From NCBI RefSeq assembly GCF_964204645.1, contig NC_134026.1, forward strand, positions 8,269,950-8,333,949: 64,000 bases of DNA. Reading direction: 5' to 3'. This document shows positions 39,201 through 51,423 of this stretch, in pieces (positions within the stretch are counted from its first letter, which is position 1; every line of letters begins with the position of its first letter). The DNA is from Tubulanus polymorphus. Lineage: Eukaryota; Animalia; Nemertea. The notes below the pieces were generated by a model that saw nothing but the letters and a program-made list of their open reading frames with translations, ran no database searches and was not told where the DNA came from. A program made the translations under genes and the position numbers.

Positions 39201-42200
39201 GTGGTTGCAGGCTTCGTGAAGAGGGGTCCAACCGGCGTTATCTTTAGCGTTTATGTCTATACCTAGAATTTGGAGAAGCATTCGCATTTGAGTATTCAAC
39301 AGAAAATAACACGAAAGAATAAAACTGTTTGTGAATGCAGATTCCTTGACAAATCCAACTTTTCCATGACCGTATGGAAGCCTGATATATACTCACCAGG
39401 GATTGTTAAGAGCTCTTTCACTTTGCAAAAGTTATTCCTCCGACAAGCGACATGGAGTTTAGTCTCCCCTAGAAAATTTAGAAAAACATGCAGTAGGACT
39501 TTCCCGATGAGCGTAACTCTCTGATAAAAGCATTTCGACCTGAATTCCACGCACCTTTGGCATTTCTCTTATTAATAATCGCGACCTTTTTCTGCGGTGA
39601 ATTCTTCGCATCCGGCTTTTCTTTCGTTTTCACTAGTAACGTATTTGAATGACTGAAATTTAAGATCATTAACCCTGGCAAAAAGAAGTACACGTCATTC
39701 GGTCGGCCGATTTTTTTTTAGTCCAAGGAATTTCTTCGTTTAAAATTTTCAATGAATCAAGCATTAATTAAGAAATGCTTAGTCAATAACATATCCAAAA
39801 TCCCTGAGTTTTCCAGGTTTTTTGCAAAATTTGTCGCATTGCCAATGTTTTCCATGATTTTTTTCGAGATTCCTTACGATACCCTGAGCTTTCCAGGTTT
39901 CCAGGTCAGTGGTGCCGCCCCGAGGGAGCGCTACAGTATGACAGTAGACTCCGAGTCGATTGTGTCCTCGATAAAAAAATGTTAAAATTTTTTGTATTCT
40001 AGTACATATGGCAACAACCTATGGTCCCTCCGACTGGGTTGCAATTCGCTAATACCCCCCAGGGAATTTTTAAGTCCTGCGAGATCTGAGGCAAATGAGT
40101 CTACTGTATATGTGAAAAGCATTGGATACTTGGGGCTTATAGATTCATTGAAAATCAGCATAGACCAAGGCAAACGATTACTAACAAGGAGAAACCGTAT
40201 TGATATCTTACGCTATGACTTTCAGGGCTCTCTTATCTTTCCGCGATCGCGCGGGTCGTTTCGGTTTGTGAGGCGACATCGGACCACCGATCAGTTTGGG
40301 CAGCACAAACAAATACTGAGTAATCTGCAAATAATTTTCATAAAATCAACGATGAAACCTCCATTAGATACAGCCAGTTAAAGTCATCATTAGATGAGTC
40401 GTTACAATTTTTTCAGTTCCAATCAATATTTCCAATTCAATTTACTGAGTATAAATTGTCAATTGGATAAGTCGACAGGTTGGATAAGGTTGGTGACTGA
40501 ACCGGAGTTTGCCTGCATCTAATCATTAAATTCAGAGGACAATTAATAATCAAAGACAAATAGTCCCACTTTTTCTCACCAAGTATTTCCATTTTGGAGT
40601 AGTTTTCAGCACTAAACAGAGTAATTTTGACATGAAAAATAGTAATTTGATTGAAAATGAACAATATGTTATTCTGACTTGGAGGGTATTTAATAATAAT
40701 AATAATCTTATTCATATACCACTTTACACTGCGTTTCAAGGCGGTTTACAATAATGAATACATTAAGATAATAATATAGTTTTAATAAAACATTAGTTAT
40801 CATAATACTGAGTAAAAAGAAATGTTTTTAGATTGGTTTTAAAATAATTAATATCATCACTAGTACGTAAGGTTAAAGGCAGATTATTCCATAAAACAGG
40901 GGCAGCGCAAGCAAAAGCTCGATTACCGTAAAAAATTGTATTGCATGACACATGAGACAGTTTAAACATATTAGCTGACCTTAATGAACGACTCGGTTTG
41001 TACAGACACACTAAATTAGACACTAAATTATTTAGATAATTTTGGGGGTAATTGAGGTTTTCAAAAGACAACTCTCAAATAGAGTGTAGTCGTAGGTCTT
41101 CAAAAAGTAGTACGTAACTACTCTCAAATATAGTAGTCGCAGTCAAGTTTGTATCGGGTACTCACGATTTTTTCGAGGTCTAACGGCTGGTCAGGAATAA
41201 TTTTCACGATACTGTCGTCCATAGTTTCGAGCGTAACTCGCGCCACGTGCATCGTTAAATGAGGATTCGAAAGCGTTTGTAAAAACTTTATCATCAACTC
41301 CGGTTTGAGGTGCCATTCGCCTAGCAAAGAAAATCATAATGCACAAGTCAATTAACACGTTCTTATCCACACTTTTACCCAAGTTCAGTTATGTAGCGAA
41401 TTTCCCATTAACTCAAAATAATGAACTAAATTCCCGGAGATTTCCCTAATAATTTTCTAGATTTTCTGATTCCCTGGGCGTACTCTTTTATGACCTCCGA
41501 AGTCGCCATACGAAATCTCCGGTTGGCTCCACACAAAATCCGAATCACACCATCTCGACAGAAAGGAGGTTTCAGATACTCCAAAAAGTCACATGACCAA
41601 TAATAGAGTACGATTGGAGGCAAACGGATTCTCCGATCTGGTAAAACTCCCCCTGAGTTTTCCAGGGTTTCCAAGTCAGTAGCCACCCTGTTCGGTCATA
41701 AATGCTTTCCGATTTCAAAAGTTGTGGCAAGTAAATTTCACAGCTACCTTAGTACATACCCATCATTCTGTTAGACAGTTCGTGTACGAACGAAGATGTC
41801 CGATGGCCTAAATCGATAGATCCCGCGGTCAGTTTGTCGGCTTGCAAGAAGCACTGAGACAGAATTCCAACCATACACTGTATCATCTGAATTACTTCTT
41901 GCTATAAAGGCGCAAAAAAGCATGGCAATCATAACAAATATTTGCCATCATAAAGAAGGCTTTTTTCATCGATTTTGAGTTAGATTCGTAAAACAAGAGA
42001 TGGGCGAGTAACGATTGCTCATCAACATTTTTGCGACCGAAACGAACCGAGCGCTTTGCCAGGCGCCTCCAGCTGGAGCGCCGCCAATATCTCCTTGTTC
42101 TCAGCCAATCACTGTTGAGTACAAGTTCCTTTCTCTTCCGCATCCCGAGCGTGAAACGTTACAAGGGCCACTCTTTTCGCATCGGAGCGGCTACCAGCGC

Positions 42201-45200
42201 AGCAGCCAGGGGGTCCCCGATGCGCAGATAAGGGCAGCTGGCCGCTGGGGGTCGGAAGCTTACCGCAAGTATATAAGGCTGTCTAGATAGTCTCTGTGGG
42301 CTCAGCCACATATGGGTGGCTGTGTGGCATTTTCTGAGCCCACTTTGGCGTATAAACTCATTAATTAATTAGGTCAAACAGCTAGGGCGTTTGACTTCGT
42401 CTTAATATTACGTAACTCTGTATTATTCATCTCCATAACTAGGTCAAAACAGCTAGTTTTGGCGATAATTTTATTATTCTATGTTTATAATATCATTGTA
42501 TAAATATTAGTTAATAAGTTTGTAATGGGTTTTTTTTTGTATACGTCAAAAACAGCTAGGGCGTTTTTGACATTTCTAATTTTTATGTTTTTGTAATAAT
42601 AAACGTCAAGCAGCTAGGGCACTTGGCCTTTTCATCCAAATATGTCTTCGGGTCGTTTCTGTTGCAAAAATACATATTATTTGTTCACGAAAACTCTTGG
42701 CGTTAAGTTACATATTCATCTACCCGGTAACCATATTGTGAATTGTCTCGGACCTAGGATACAGTAATATTCTCTTCCAGTTTTTAAGAGCTTACTCAGC
42801 TTTTGCGTCGGTGGCAGAACTAGAGAATCAAGGTACAAAACGCTCACCTCAGCTTCATTCGAAATTGCTTCGACGAGTAGATCAAGCAACTGTTTACAAT
42901 GATTGTTAACCGTCTGACCGGGCTGACATCCGGGCCATATAATCGTACCCAACAGACAAGGAAACACCTTCTTCTCCGTGCTGAAAGTAAAAACAACTAT
43001 TCTTTGTCATGCCAATAAAAAACTAGGGGTGCAGGGACACTGGTGCATGCCCACTAAGTGCTTTTAAATGCTCAACAATCCGACAATTTCAATGATCTAC
43101 ACCTCGAACAGATGAACAATAAGTGAACTAAAGTCTCAAGCGGGCTAAAAACTAAATATTGGTGTCCCTATTACCAGACTTTTCCCTGATTTCCAGGTAA
43201 GTGGCCACCCGTATAAGCGCAGTCCTAGCGCTAACAAATAGGGCGTAGTCCAATGAAACACTTTAATGTTTTCACTGTAGATAATCAAGGAAGTCCCACT
43301 ATTGGAATTAGATATTTCATATGATATATTTTATCAAAACGAAACGATTAATAAATAACATAATATAATATTCTATTTGTGGGACTTCTTACATTATTTA
43401 CAGAATTCGTTTAACATACGTACTTGTGAAAGTAGTAGCGGGCGTTTTCTTGGAAGAGAGAGACCAAGAATTTCAACAGCAGTTTATTATTGCGAGCGCG
43501 TACGCCGGGAGAGATTTCCTCCTTTGTGTCGTCGTCATCCATCGACTCGTCGTCGCTGTCCGTCTCGTTTTTAATCGGAGCACTTTTTACATTCTGAACC
43601 GACTGACTGAAAAAATACAACAGGAAGAATAACGTGAAATTTAGCAATTCAAAGAAAGTGCTCAAATCTAAAATTTTAGTTACCGGTACATTTCGTGACA
43701 TTATTAAAATATGAGAGAAAATGTTCGAATTAATCAGTAATCAACGGTAAGACCCTCGGATTCATGTTTCATAATTCAGTATGCATCAAACAAATCAAAT
43801 CAGCATTTCTCATTATCAAATAGTAACTAGAACTACGAAGTTCAGAAAGAAGCTTCAAAGAAGTTTTGGGCATTTTGCTTTTATAAAGAGTTTCAAGCGC
43901 CTTTAAAAGCATTTTCTATTTTGAAGGAGTTTTAAAGGTATCAAGGAGTCGTAGATAACGCGACTTGAAAGGATTCCAGTTAAGATGAGTCTACCGTAGA
44001 TCTAAATCCTGAGAAAACCGAGCGCACCTTATCACTTCTTTCACCAAAATCCATTCTTGGCCGCGATTTAAAGTCACCTTGCCGTCGACGCACAGCGACT
44101 GTTGAAAGCATTCCAACAACGCCAGATTCCGCGGCGGATGAATCGCGAGAATCCTTTGAAGCGTCGAGTAAGCCGTCATAGATTTCGAAGAATCCGTCGA
44201 TAACTGAAAATCAAGGCGCGCTAAAATGATTATTTCGTAATTCAATTTTTGAGTAAACGAGTATCGATAAGAAATAAATCAAAACGAAGATCTATCACGT
44301 ACGGTTAACGAGCTGGAAACAGGCAAGTTATGCTTCATTCTGATGTTAATGAGTACGTCAAGAAATTAATTTTGAACAGAATGCATTCACAGGTCGAACT
44401 ACGCAGTTTGAGATACGGTAAACATGCTTTCCTGAACACACAAGGTTATAAGGCATTTGCATTCACAGGTCCAAAGGCAGCATGAGACAACTGGCATCAG
44501 GTTTTTTAACAAACATTTGAGTGACTGGCACCACCCAGCATGATCAGTACATAGTGTGCATATGAAACGGAGTCCCTGCAGATCGGTCATTCCTAGATGG
44601 AGTTTTAAAGGAGAAAATTCAAATTTCGAGGAAGTAACTGCATCACTTTCATATGCTAATTACTGTAGATCCTCCAAAATCAGTATTGTTTTCTCAGTGA
44701 ACCTTTAAATTGGTGGTTTTGTACGCAAACCCTATATACTACCGGTACCTAAACGAAACCCAATTTCTAATTCAGTTACTGCCTAATTTGGTACAAAATC
44801 ATTTGTATCGATTTAGACGTAGTTTACTGAACACGACAAACTAGACAAAAATTTATATTGCTTATTTCTCAAATTGAAGGAGTTTTAATGGAGTTTTAGG
44901 CATTTTTGCTCATATTGAAGAAGAGCATTTTCCAGTTTGCAGGAGTTGAATTTGAAAAGTTGTCGAAGAAATCAAACAAACTTTACGTACCAAAAGAATC
45001 TTAGTCATGAGGACGTTGAGGGTGCACGGCTGAGGATACCGAGTCGACGAGATAGCCGATAGCAATGAGTCGACAGCTAGGTGGTGGTGCTGCTCCTCAA
45101 CGCACGTATCAAATATACTAGTCATCGTGTTCGACAACTGTATCACCGCCACATCATCGGTTTTCTGTTGATTAGTGAGCATGAAAGAGATAAGATAAAT

Positions 45201-48200
45201 TTTAAAGACTTATTAAAATGAAACCACTCTGTCTCAGCTGTTAGCTAATGCCTAAACTCAGGTTGGAGTCGGAAGGAATCGAAGTTGAAGAAATTCAACC
45301 CCTCATATTTTCTACGGCGACATCGAAAAGCAAAAGGAAAGCTCCCAAGAAAAGTAAACGTGATTTTAGATTAACTTACCGGTGATGAAAGTTTGTTCAC
45401 ATTTACTATATTCATCGGCTTCCAACAACAGGGATCCTGACAGAGCTGTGAAGGCGAGAACGATATGAAGATATTTCAAATTAACAATTATTTAAAGTTA
45501 TAATGAGATACTATCTATTATTTCGACAAACCTTTCTTCGTTTATTCGAGACATTTTTGTCTTCTTCATCGCGTTTAAACCTTCTTTTTAAAACTTCATT
45601 CTTCGTCGCAACTTCCGTTCCATCATCAGAATAAGGAGCCCGTCTGTCATCAGATGGTTCTGTATTAACCCAATGAACTGAGGTTAAAATGGGGGTAAAT
45701 TCTATTTCTAAACAGCTACAACTGCGCTTGCAAAGGTCGGTGAGTATACTATTATAACTAATTCAATGGCCAGAATGAATTCTGCACTATTTGACTGAGC
45801 CATCATAGGACATCAGTCAAGTTTGTACATGTTTATAATACCGGTACATATCGGTAAACAAAATTGACGAAACAATTATTCAATAAGTATCTAAGATTAC
45901 CAACCTTTCTTAATAACTTCCAAGCATTCAGATTTCACTGTTTCCCGCAGATTGCCGCACAGTTCCTGTGCGTCCTTCTTCGGTGTAGCAGAGCAACAAT
46001 TGTCCGTACAGGCATGTTTCTTTACGATATGCCGACGCGAACGTCTGATTTGCTGGACTTCAATAGCGGCAGATGGATAATAATCCGAATGGATGGCGTT
46101 TCTGCAATTATCCTTTCCCGGGCGTACAGAAATGATTGCGATGTCCGAATCATCGCTTGTACTTTCTTGCGTAAGATCAACAAGTCCACTATTATTGCCG
46201 ACAGGTGATTTCATCGCCTGTTGACTAGCTTTACTCAGATGACCAGATTTCCCACAAGTACCAGTAGCAGACTGCATATTTTGTGCATTGGAATCAGCAG
46301 AAGTGGCAGACTTGACAATTTTCACATTGGAATCAGCAGGTGGTAAAGACTTGACAATTTTCACGTTGGAATCAGCAGGTGGTAAAGACTTGACAATTTT
46401 CGTATTGGAATTGACTGAAGTTGCAGACTTGAGATTTCCCCTATTAGAATTAATTGAAGTAGCAGACTTGACAATTTTCGCATTGGAATCAGCAGAAGTT
46501 GTAGAATCGACAATTTTCCTGTCGGAATTAACTGAAGTAACAGACTTGACAATTTCTATATTGGAATTAGCAGATGTTGCAGACTTGAGAATTTTCCAAT
46601 TGGAATTAACCGAAGTAGCAGTGGAATCAGCAGAAGTCGCAGAATCGACAATTTTTGCGTTGGAATCAGCAATAGCGACGGATTTAGCTGTTTTGCCAAC
46701 CGACGGGAAATAGTCGAACAAATTGCGGCCATTTTTCGGCGTAGAATTTTGTAGAATCTTTCGTTTGGCGCCGGATCTCTTCGCCGACGGATTGCCGCTC
46801 TTCTGACCGCGGCCGTTCGAGTTCATCTTAACTTCTGGTAGCAACGATTGCCTTTGAGACGATACTACGACGGGAGACATATTGATGTTGTCGTTCGCGC
46901 TGCAGGACGCGTGATTTTCGATTAATTTCGCGACGGATTTCGCTTCTCGATCGATGAAGAACTCCCGCGGATCAGGTGCGGGATCCTGCAAGGAATTCAA
47001 ATTGAAAGTTATCGAATCAAATCTCCGTAGCGTAACGGAACTTTTTTTTGCACATACCCTAAGAATAGAGACAAAAAAAATGTTCATTATGATAGTTTTT
47101 CGTTTCGTAAAATTTCTGGTTTTCAATAGACCTAGACGTATTCACGTTTGTAATATTGAGGTTCCAAAAATAGCTGCCTCAATGACAACCTCGCTTTGGT
47201 ATTGCTCAAGTAGCCAAATTACACTAAACAAGAACATCCTCCCTTGGCAAGGATTCGAACTGTGAAAAGAGAGAAGGGGGCCGGGGTACACTAGAGTCCT
47301 GTGAGACGGACATATCCAAAATCGCGTATTACAACGTTGCTTTATCCGTGAAATGAACTGAACTTAATTCTAACAGAGAAATGTGTATGGCCTAATACAC
47401 AGAGTGTCAAGCTTGCTGCTAATTACTTACATCTCATTAAAACAGTGAACTAATAACTATAAACATTTACATGGTCTCTCGGTTTGGCGAACCCGATAGC
47501 ATCGCTAGACTCAAACTCAGCACAAAACCCTGTCACAGGCGTGCAGGACCAATCAGATTGCCTGTTGTATAATCGCTGATGCAAATTCTCACGAAAAAAC
47601 CCGGGCTAAAATAAAATATCATCTTAGCTGTGTATTCGGGTTAGTGTGGCAGGGTTTCGTACGGTGGCGAGTCTTGATGCCATCAGGTTCAAATCCCTGC
47701 CGGGGGAGGATGCTGAGAAAGGGCTACAGGGACACCATGCCCACTTCGCTTGACTTGACGATTTGACAATCTTAAAGAAGAACATGTTATGAGCTAGAAT
47801 TTTGAGGGGAATCTCGCAATGGATCGAACTTTAACTGACAACTCATAACAAAAACAGAATCATCATAGTCGCAGTGGATTTATTATGTTAGCTTTCCTTT
47901 AGAAAAGCTTACTCACCCGGATTATATAGTCTCCAATATATTCCGGCAGCAGACAGGGTATACCGATTTCTTGCAAAGGTCTCGCGCTTTCTTTATTGGT
48001 AACATCGACGAATGCGTGAGTAATAGCACTCTTACGTATCGTCATAGAACTGAAGGGCGGCTTGTATGAAAAAGTCATCGCGCCACCAGCTTCAAGGAGC
48101 CTACGAAAGTTAAAACAATACATTTCTTTCATCTCAAATACACAGAAAAGTACCAGGTGATTTTGAAATCAGATCAGTCATACATGGATATAAGGAATTT

Positions 48201-49504
48201 CGAAGGAAGCATCTGCATCACAGTCCAATTACTGTAAACTCCTGGGTACTGGTGGTAATCTCGGTAAACCATTTATTGTTAACTGTACCGATTTAGGCAT
48301 AGTCTATGAAAATATTTCTAATTGTCTATTTCTCAAAATTGAAGAGTTTATAAAAGAGTTTAAAAACATTTTGTTCAATTTAAAGGAGTTTCCATTTAGA
48401 AGGAGTGTTTTCAGAATCAAGGAGTTGTAGGGTTCCTGCAGGGCAATGAACTGAAACAAGTCTTTCAAAATGTGCATTAAGATGTTAGCCCAGGTAATTT
48501 TTGGAGTCACTACATAGGTTGCAGCCATGACCACCTATTACGAATATCCTGGGGATTTCAGAAGCACCTTACCGTTTAAAAACAGCAGCTTTCGTTTTGT
48601 TATTCACGAGAATGATAGCCCTCCAACCGGAAAATGCTCCGGATTGAGTCGAGTCGCTGGAGTTCCGCATGCGATTACGTCTCGGAGCGCCGAGAAGATT
48701 ACCGCCACATTTGACATCCACATTCGCCGCCATGCTTTCGTTCCATTCGTATTTAGCCTCAGACACCCATTCGCCCTGTACGGCGCTGTGTCGTATAAAA
48801 TTCGGAGTGACAATCCATTTACCTATAAAAGAATAGTTGGTTTCCGGCGTTCAAAAAAAAAAACAGCCTCGTCGTACTAAGCATCGGCTATCAAATTCTG
48901 AACTAACCTACCTGTTGCGCAACCACCGAGAAATTTTTCACTTCGGCTTAATTTTCCACAGACGATGTGAGTGCAAGTTGATTTAAAACTCTATAGGAAA
49001 CAAGAATATAGCACTAACTATCTCGTATACAATGATAATACATCATTTGATCATAGAACTTTGATGAAACACTTTGTATTGTTTAGTCCATAGTTCCACA
49101 CTGGCGGATTTCATTGGGGATGGACCTTAAAATTGGAATGGCCACTAATTTTGAAAAGGGCAGATTTAGCAATGGGAGGGCTGCAAGCGAAACATTAGTG
49201 GGGGGTTCTTGTGAAATATGACTTTAGAACGTATTTATTACTGATATAACATGATTTCAAGTGTTAAAATCGATAAGGAATAAATATGCTATATTTCATG
49301 TCATCTCGGTAAATTACATCATCTCGGTAATAAGGATGACCCATTAACTCGTCTCGTTATCAATTGATGAAGAATGCAGGCTATTACCTCGCTATTCAAA
49401 TACACTCCTCCGAGCTTCTTGATCATTTTCGCCAACTGCGCGCGCTCGTCCATCGGTAAACCAGATAGGAATATACTGTACTGCGTCCGTAGCCGATACG
49501 TCAT
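36211..49504 (-). CDS. SLF1: SMC5-SMC6 complex localization factor 1 (SLF1/ANKRD32/BRCTx) homologue. Exons: 49504-49388, 48990-48912, 48822-48573, 48100-47917, 46985-45905, 45677-45532, 45436-45380, 45164-44991, 44203-43995, 43606-43424, 42980-42848, 41886-41760, 41320-41166, 40324-40212, 39652-39555, 39468-39397, 39262-39116, 38594-38478, 37727-37629, 36587-36211
   Basis: N-terminal tandem BRCT ([60 protein letters not shown]). A helical mid region (ILAIHPP) follows, then C-terminal ankyrin repeats ([50 protein letters not shown]). The splice phases join in frame. Confidence 0.88.
36695..36864. mobile_element. Tc1/mariner (pogo/Tigger-like) MITE
   Basis: TA-CAGCGGAACCTCGTTA ... TAACGAGGTTCCATTG-TA. 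Confidence 0.8.
36960..37101. mobile_element. Tc1/mariner-type MITE
   Basis: TA-CAGTAGACT ... AGTCTACTG-TA. Confidence 0.7.
37168..37308. mobile_element. Harbinger-type MITE; related copies at ~18850-18992 and ~26700-26845 (inverted, degenerate)
   Basis: TIR GGGCCAGTTGCATAGTCG / CGACTGCGCAACTGGGCC. The internal AGACCAGTCTAAGACC...GCCAATCTAACAACTTAA sequence is shared with 18850-18992. Confidence 0.7.
37933..38220. mobile_element. piggyBac-type MITE
   Basis: TTAA-CCCTTTCAGTG ... CACTGAAAGGG-TTAA, with internal TACACCGC..GCGGTGTA palindromes. Confidence 0.85.
38686..38842. mobile_element. PIF/Harbinger-type MITE
   Basis: TIR GAGGTCATTCATTTATTAAGTACGCA / TGCGTACGTAATAAGTGAATGATCCC with a TAA TSD. 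Confidence 0.8.
39700..39920 (+). repeat. CCCTGAGTTTTCCAGG-type interspersed repeat; copies at ~41400-41690 and ~43178-43210
   Basis: Shared CCCTGA(G)TTTTCCAGG...AGT(G/A)GCCACCC ends. Confidence 0.6.
39942..40106. mobile_element. Tc1/mariner-type MITE (CAGTAGACTC termini)
   Basis: CAGTAGACTC ... GAGTCTACTG-TA, the same termini as 36960-37101. Confidence 0.65.
40690..41045 (-). mobile_element. 5'-truncated L2/CR1-group LINE 3' end
   Basis: ORF2 C-terminal motif YKPSRSLRS...[19 protein letters not shown]....[10 protein letters not shown], then a 3' UTR with TGTAAACCGCCTTGA...GGTATAT and an (ATT)n tail. Confidence 0.85.
42100..42667 (+). mobile_element. 3' remnant of a tyrosine-recombinase retrotransposon (DIRS/Ngaro-like) in an SLF1 intron, frameshifted
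   Basis: [18 protein letters not shown] is followed by a 1-nt frameshift in the G run at 42209-42213, then [22 protein letters not shown] (HxxR, GRW and catalytic-Tyr motifs of YR). A structured AT-rich 3' region with AATAAA at ~42598 follows. Confidence 0.85.
46270..46690 (-). repeat. 39-bp coding minisatellite (~10 units) in SLF1 exon 5
   Basis: Plus-strand unit TTGGAATCAGCAGAAGTxGCAGACTTGACAATTTTCxCx encodes [13 protein letters not shown]-type 13-mers. Confidence 0.9.
47625..47745 (+). mobile_element. tRNA-derived SINE-like fragment; inverted fragments at ~47232-47310 and ~47470-47540
   Basis: B-box GGTTCAAATCC at 47686 followed by CTGCCGGGGGAGGATG. The reverse complement (CATCCTCCCTTGGCAAGGATTCGAAC) is at ~47234. 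No full cloverleaf. Confidence 0.5.
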
Positions 49505-51213
49505 TTTCGCACCACTGCGGTCGAACGAGTGCCGCCAAGAGTCAAATTCGATTCAAAATTGTTACCTTTTGACTGCAAAATAGCAGAGAGCAGCAACACG
49601 TAACGTCAACAACCACGTCCACGGCCGGCAGTTAAGTCTGGAAACTTTTACTTTAAAGAAGTCATCCTCTTTATTTTCATTCGAGCCATGCGGCTATCGG
49701 GGCAAGGCACGAAAATCAATCACATGTATGATTATCTCGATTTATTGCTGAATTACGGGCGAAAAGCTATCTTTCGCGCAATCGCGCCGCCATTGGATGA
49801 TGGATTTGTCTAAACTTCGGTAGCGGATTCAAGGTATAACTATTCTTCGGATATGGATTTTCGGTATAAATATTCTTCGGTCTCGTTACTCATAGCTAAT
49901 CGCCGTATATGTCTACGCCTCGAAACAGTCTCAGTCGCCACGGAAAGATCAATTTATCCGAAAGATGTCGCCAGATTTTTTTTATGTCTCTCTTAGATAT
50001 ATCCGGAAAAAAGTATTTTTAAAACCTTTCTTAATTTTTAGAATTTGTTCACTGCGACAGGGTGAATTTCCGGCCGTACTGGGCTATATGCCCCGCAATG
50101 ATAGTCCGGGTCTGTGGTGTACGGGCCTACGGCGATGTATTTTGTCTCTTATCCACTGCAGTTTATTCTAAACTTATGGAGAATACCATAATTTTTCTTA
50201 TTTTTGTAAGATAAATATGATACACAAAAGGATCTGAATTCATCACATTCCGCACTAATTTCCCCGTAGGGCCGCAACGCCACCGGGCGACCGACCAGAT
50301 GCGGCGTATAAAATGAGCGAAATCTCTTTCCGAACGGTCGCAAGTAAAATCAACAGCGATCTCATTATAGATAAGTCGTCTACGTAATCTAGCGTAGCTA
50401 TCGTACCGTCTGTCATAATTTATCTTTCGAGCAAGATAATTCCGTGATCGAAACGCCGAAATTAGTTCTTAATAGACTCGGAAAATTCTGCGAACGCGTA
50501 ACAGGTGCTCTCGAAAATAATACTCACCCGCACTCACTTGTTACAATCAAAACGGTCGGTCCTATTTTATGCGAGATGTTCGAGTATCTGTTACTTCTTC
50601 GAAATGAAGGGGCTCTCAAAATTCTCGCCTACGAGCAAATTCTTTACGTTTCAGCACGCCATTTAATAATAGAATTTACTTACTTATCCTTGTCTTCACG
50701 TTGCACTTGAAATATATTTATTTTATCTTTGATGAATAAAGCTCACTACAACTTTTTTATATAAGCAAAATGCTTGGCCAAGAAATCGTACAGCTTGTTC
50801 GGTTTTTATTTGCATCGGTTATGGAGATTGAAAAAATCGCGCGGTTCCCACATAGTTTTGATACCTCGCCTAAATTGTTTTCAAAGATGTGAAAATGGGC
50901 ACAAAATCCACTGCGGATACTGACCTCACGGAAGAAAAAATAAAACCTAAGAAAAAAACTGAAATTAACAACGAAAGTTATATGCAAACGATCCCTTATT
51001 TTCTTTTATTGTCCATTGGCAACAACAAAATACTTTTGCACTCAAAAGCACAGAAACGTAAATGACATCATACTTTTCTTTTCAAATAGTAAATTCTTTT
51101 GCATTTACTGGCAAAGTATGCACCAATCTAGCGTAATTCTTTTTTCTCAGTTTCCACGTATAGCCTATATCAACGTTCAAGGTATGCCATCGAACTAGAT
51201 AATTCAGAATTAA

Positions 51214-51423
51214 GGCTAACGAAATGGATACCTTGTTTCTCCTTTCTGCTAAGCCTAAAAGTTGACCCCGCCGGCCACCTATCTAGCCTATACAATACCT
51301 TTTTGTAATCGTTGTAAATCTCACCATAACACACCAGCTATAGAAGTGAACTGACAAATTTCGTTGAATTTTACAAAAATGACCCAGCCGATTAGGAGAA
51401 ACGAGGTATCATTTTTGTTAAGC
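51214..51423. mobile_element. Kolobok-type MITE; related copy at ~33403-33619
   Basis: TTAA-GGCTAACGAAATGGATACCTTGTTTCTCC ... GGAGAAACGAGGTATCATTTTTGTTAAGC-TTAA. Confidence 0.7.

Noticed and set aside
42373-42627. CRISPR-like repeat-spacer appearance
   Set aside because: Eukaryotic intron, no cas genes, repeats vary in length and spacers are irregular (33-81 nt) and low-complexity. Reported as a retroelement hairpin array instead.
46288-46713. 141-aa plus-strand repetitive ORF
   Set aside because: Antisense shadow of the SLF1 coding minisatellite.
47625-47745. Possible tRNA gene; B-box-like motifs also at ~4630, ~8310 and ~57970
   Set aside because: No complete cloverleaf or acceptor stem; better explained as SINE fragments.
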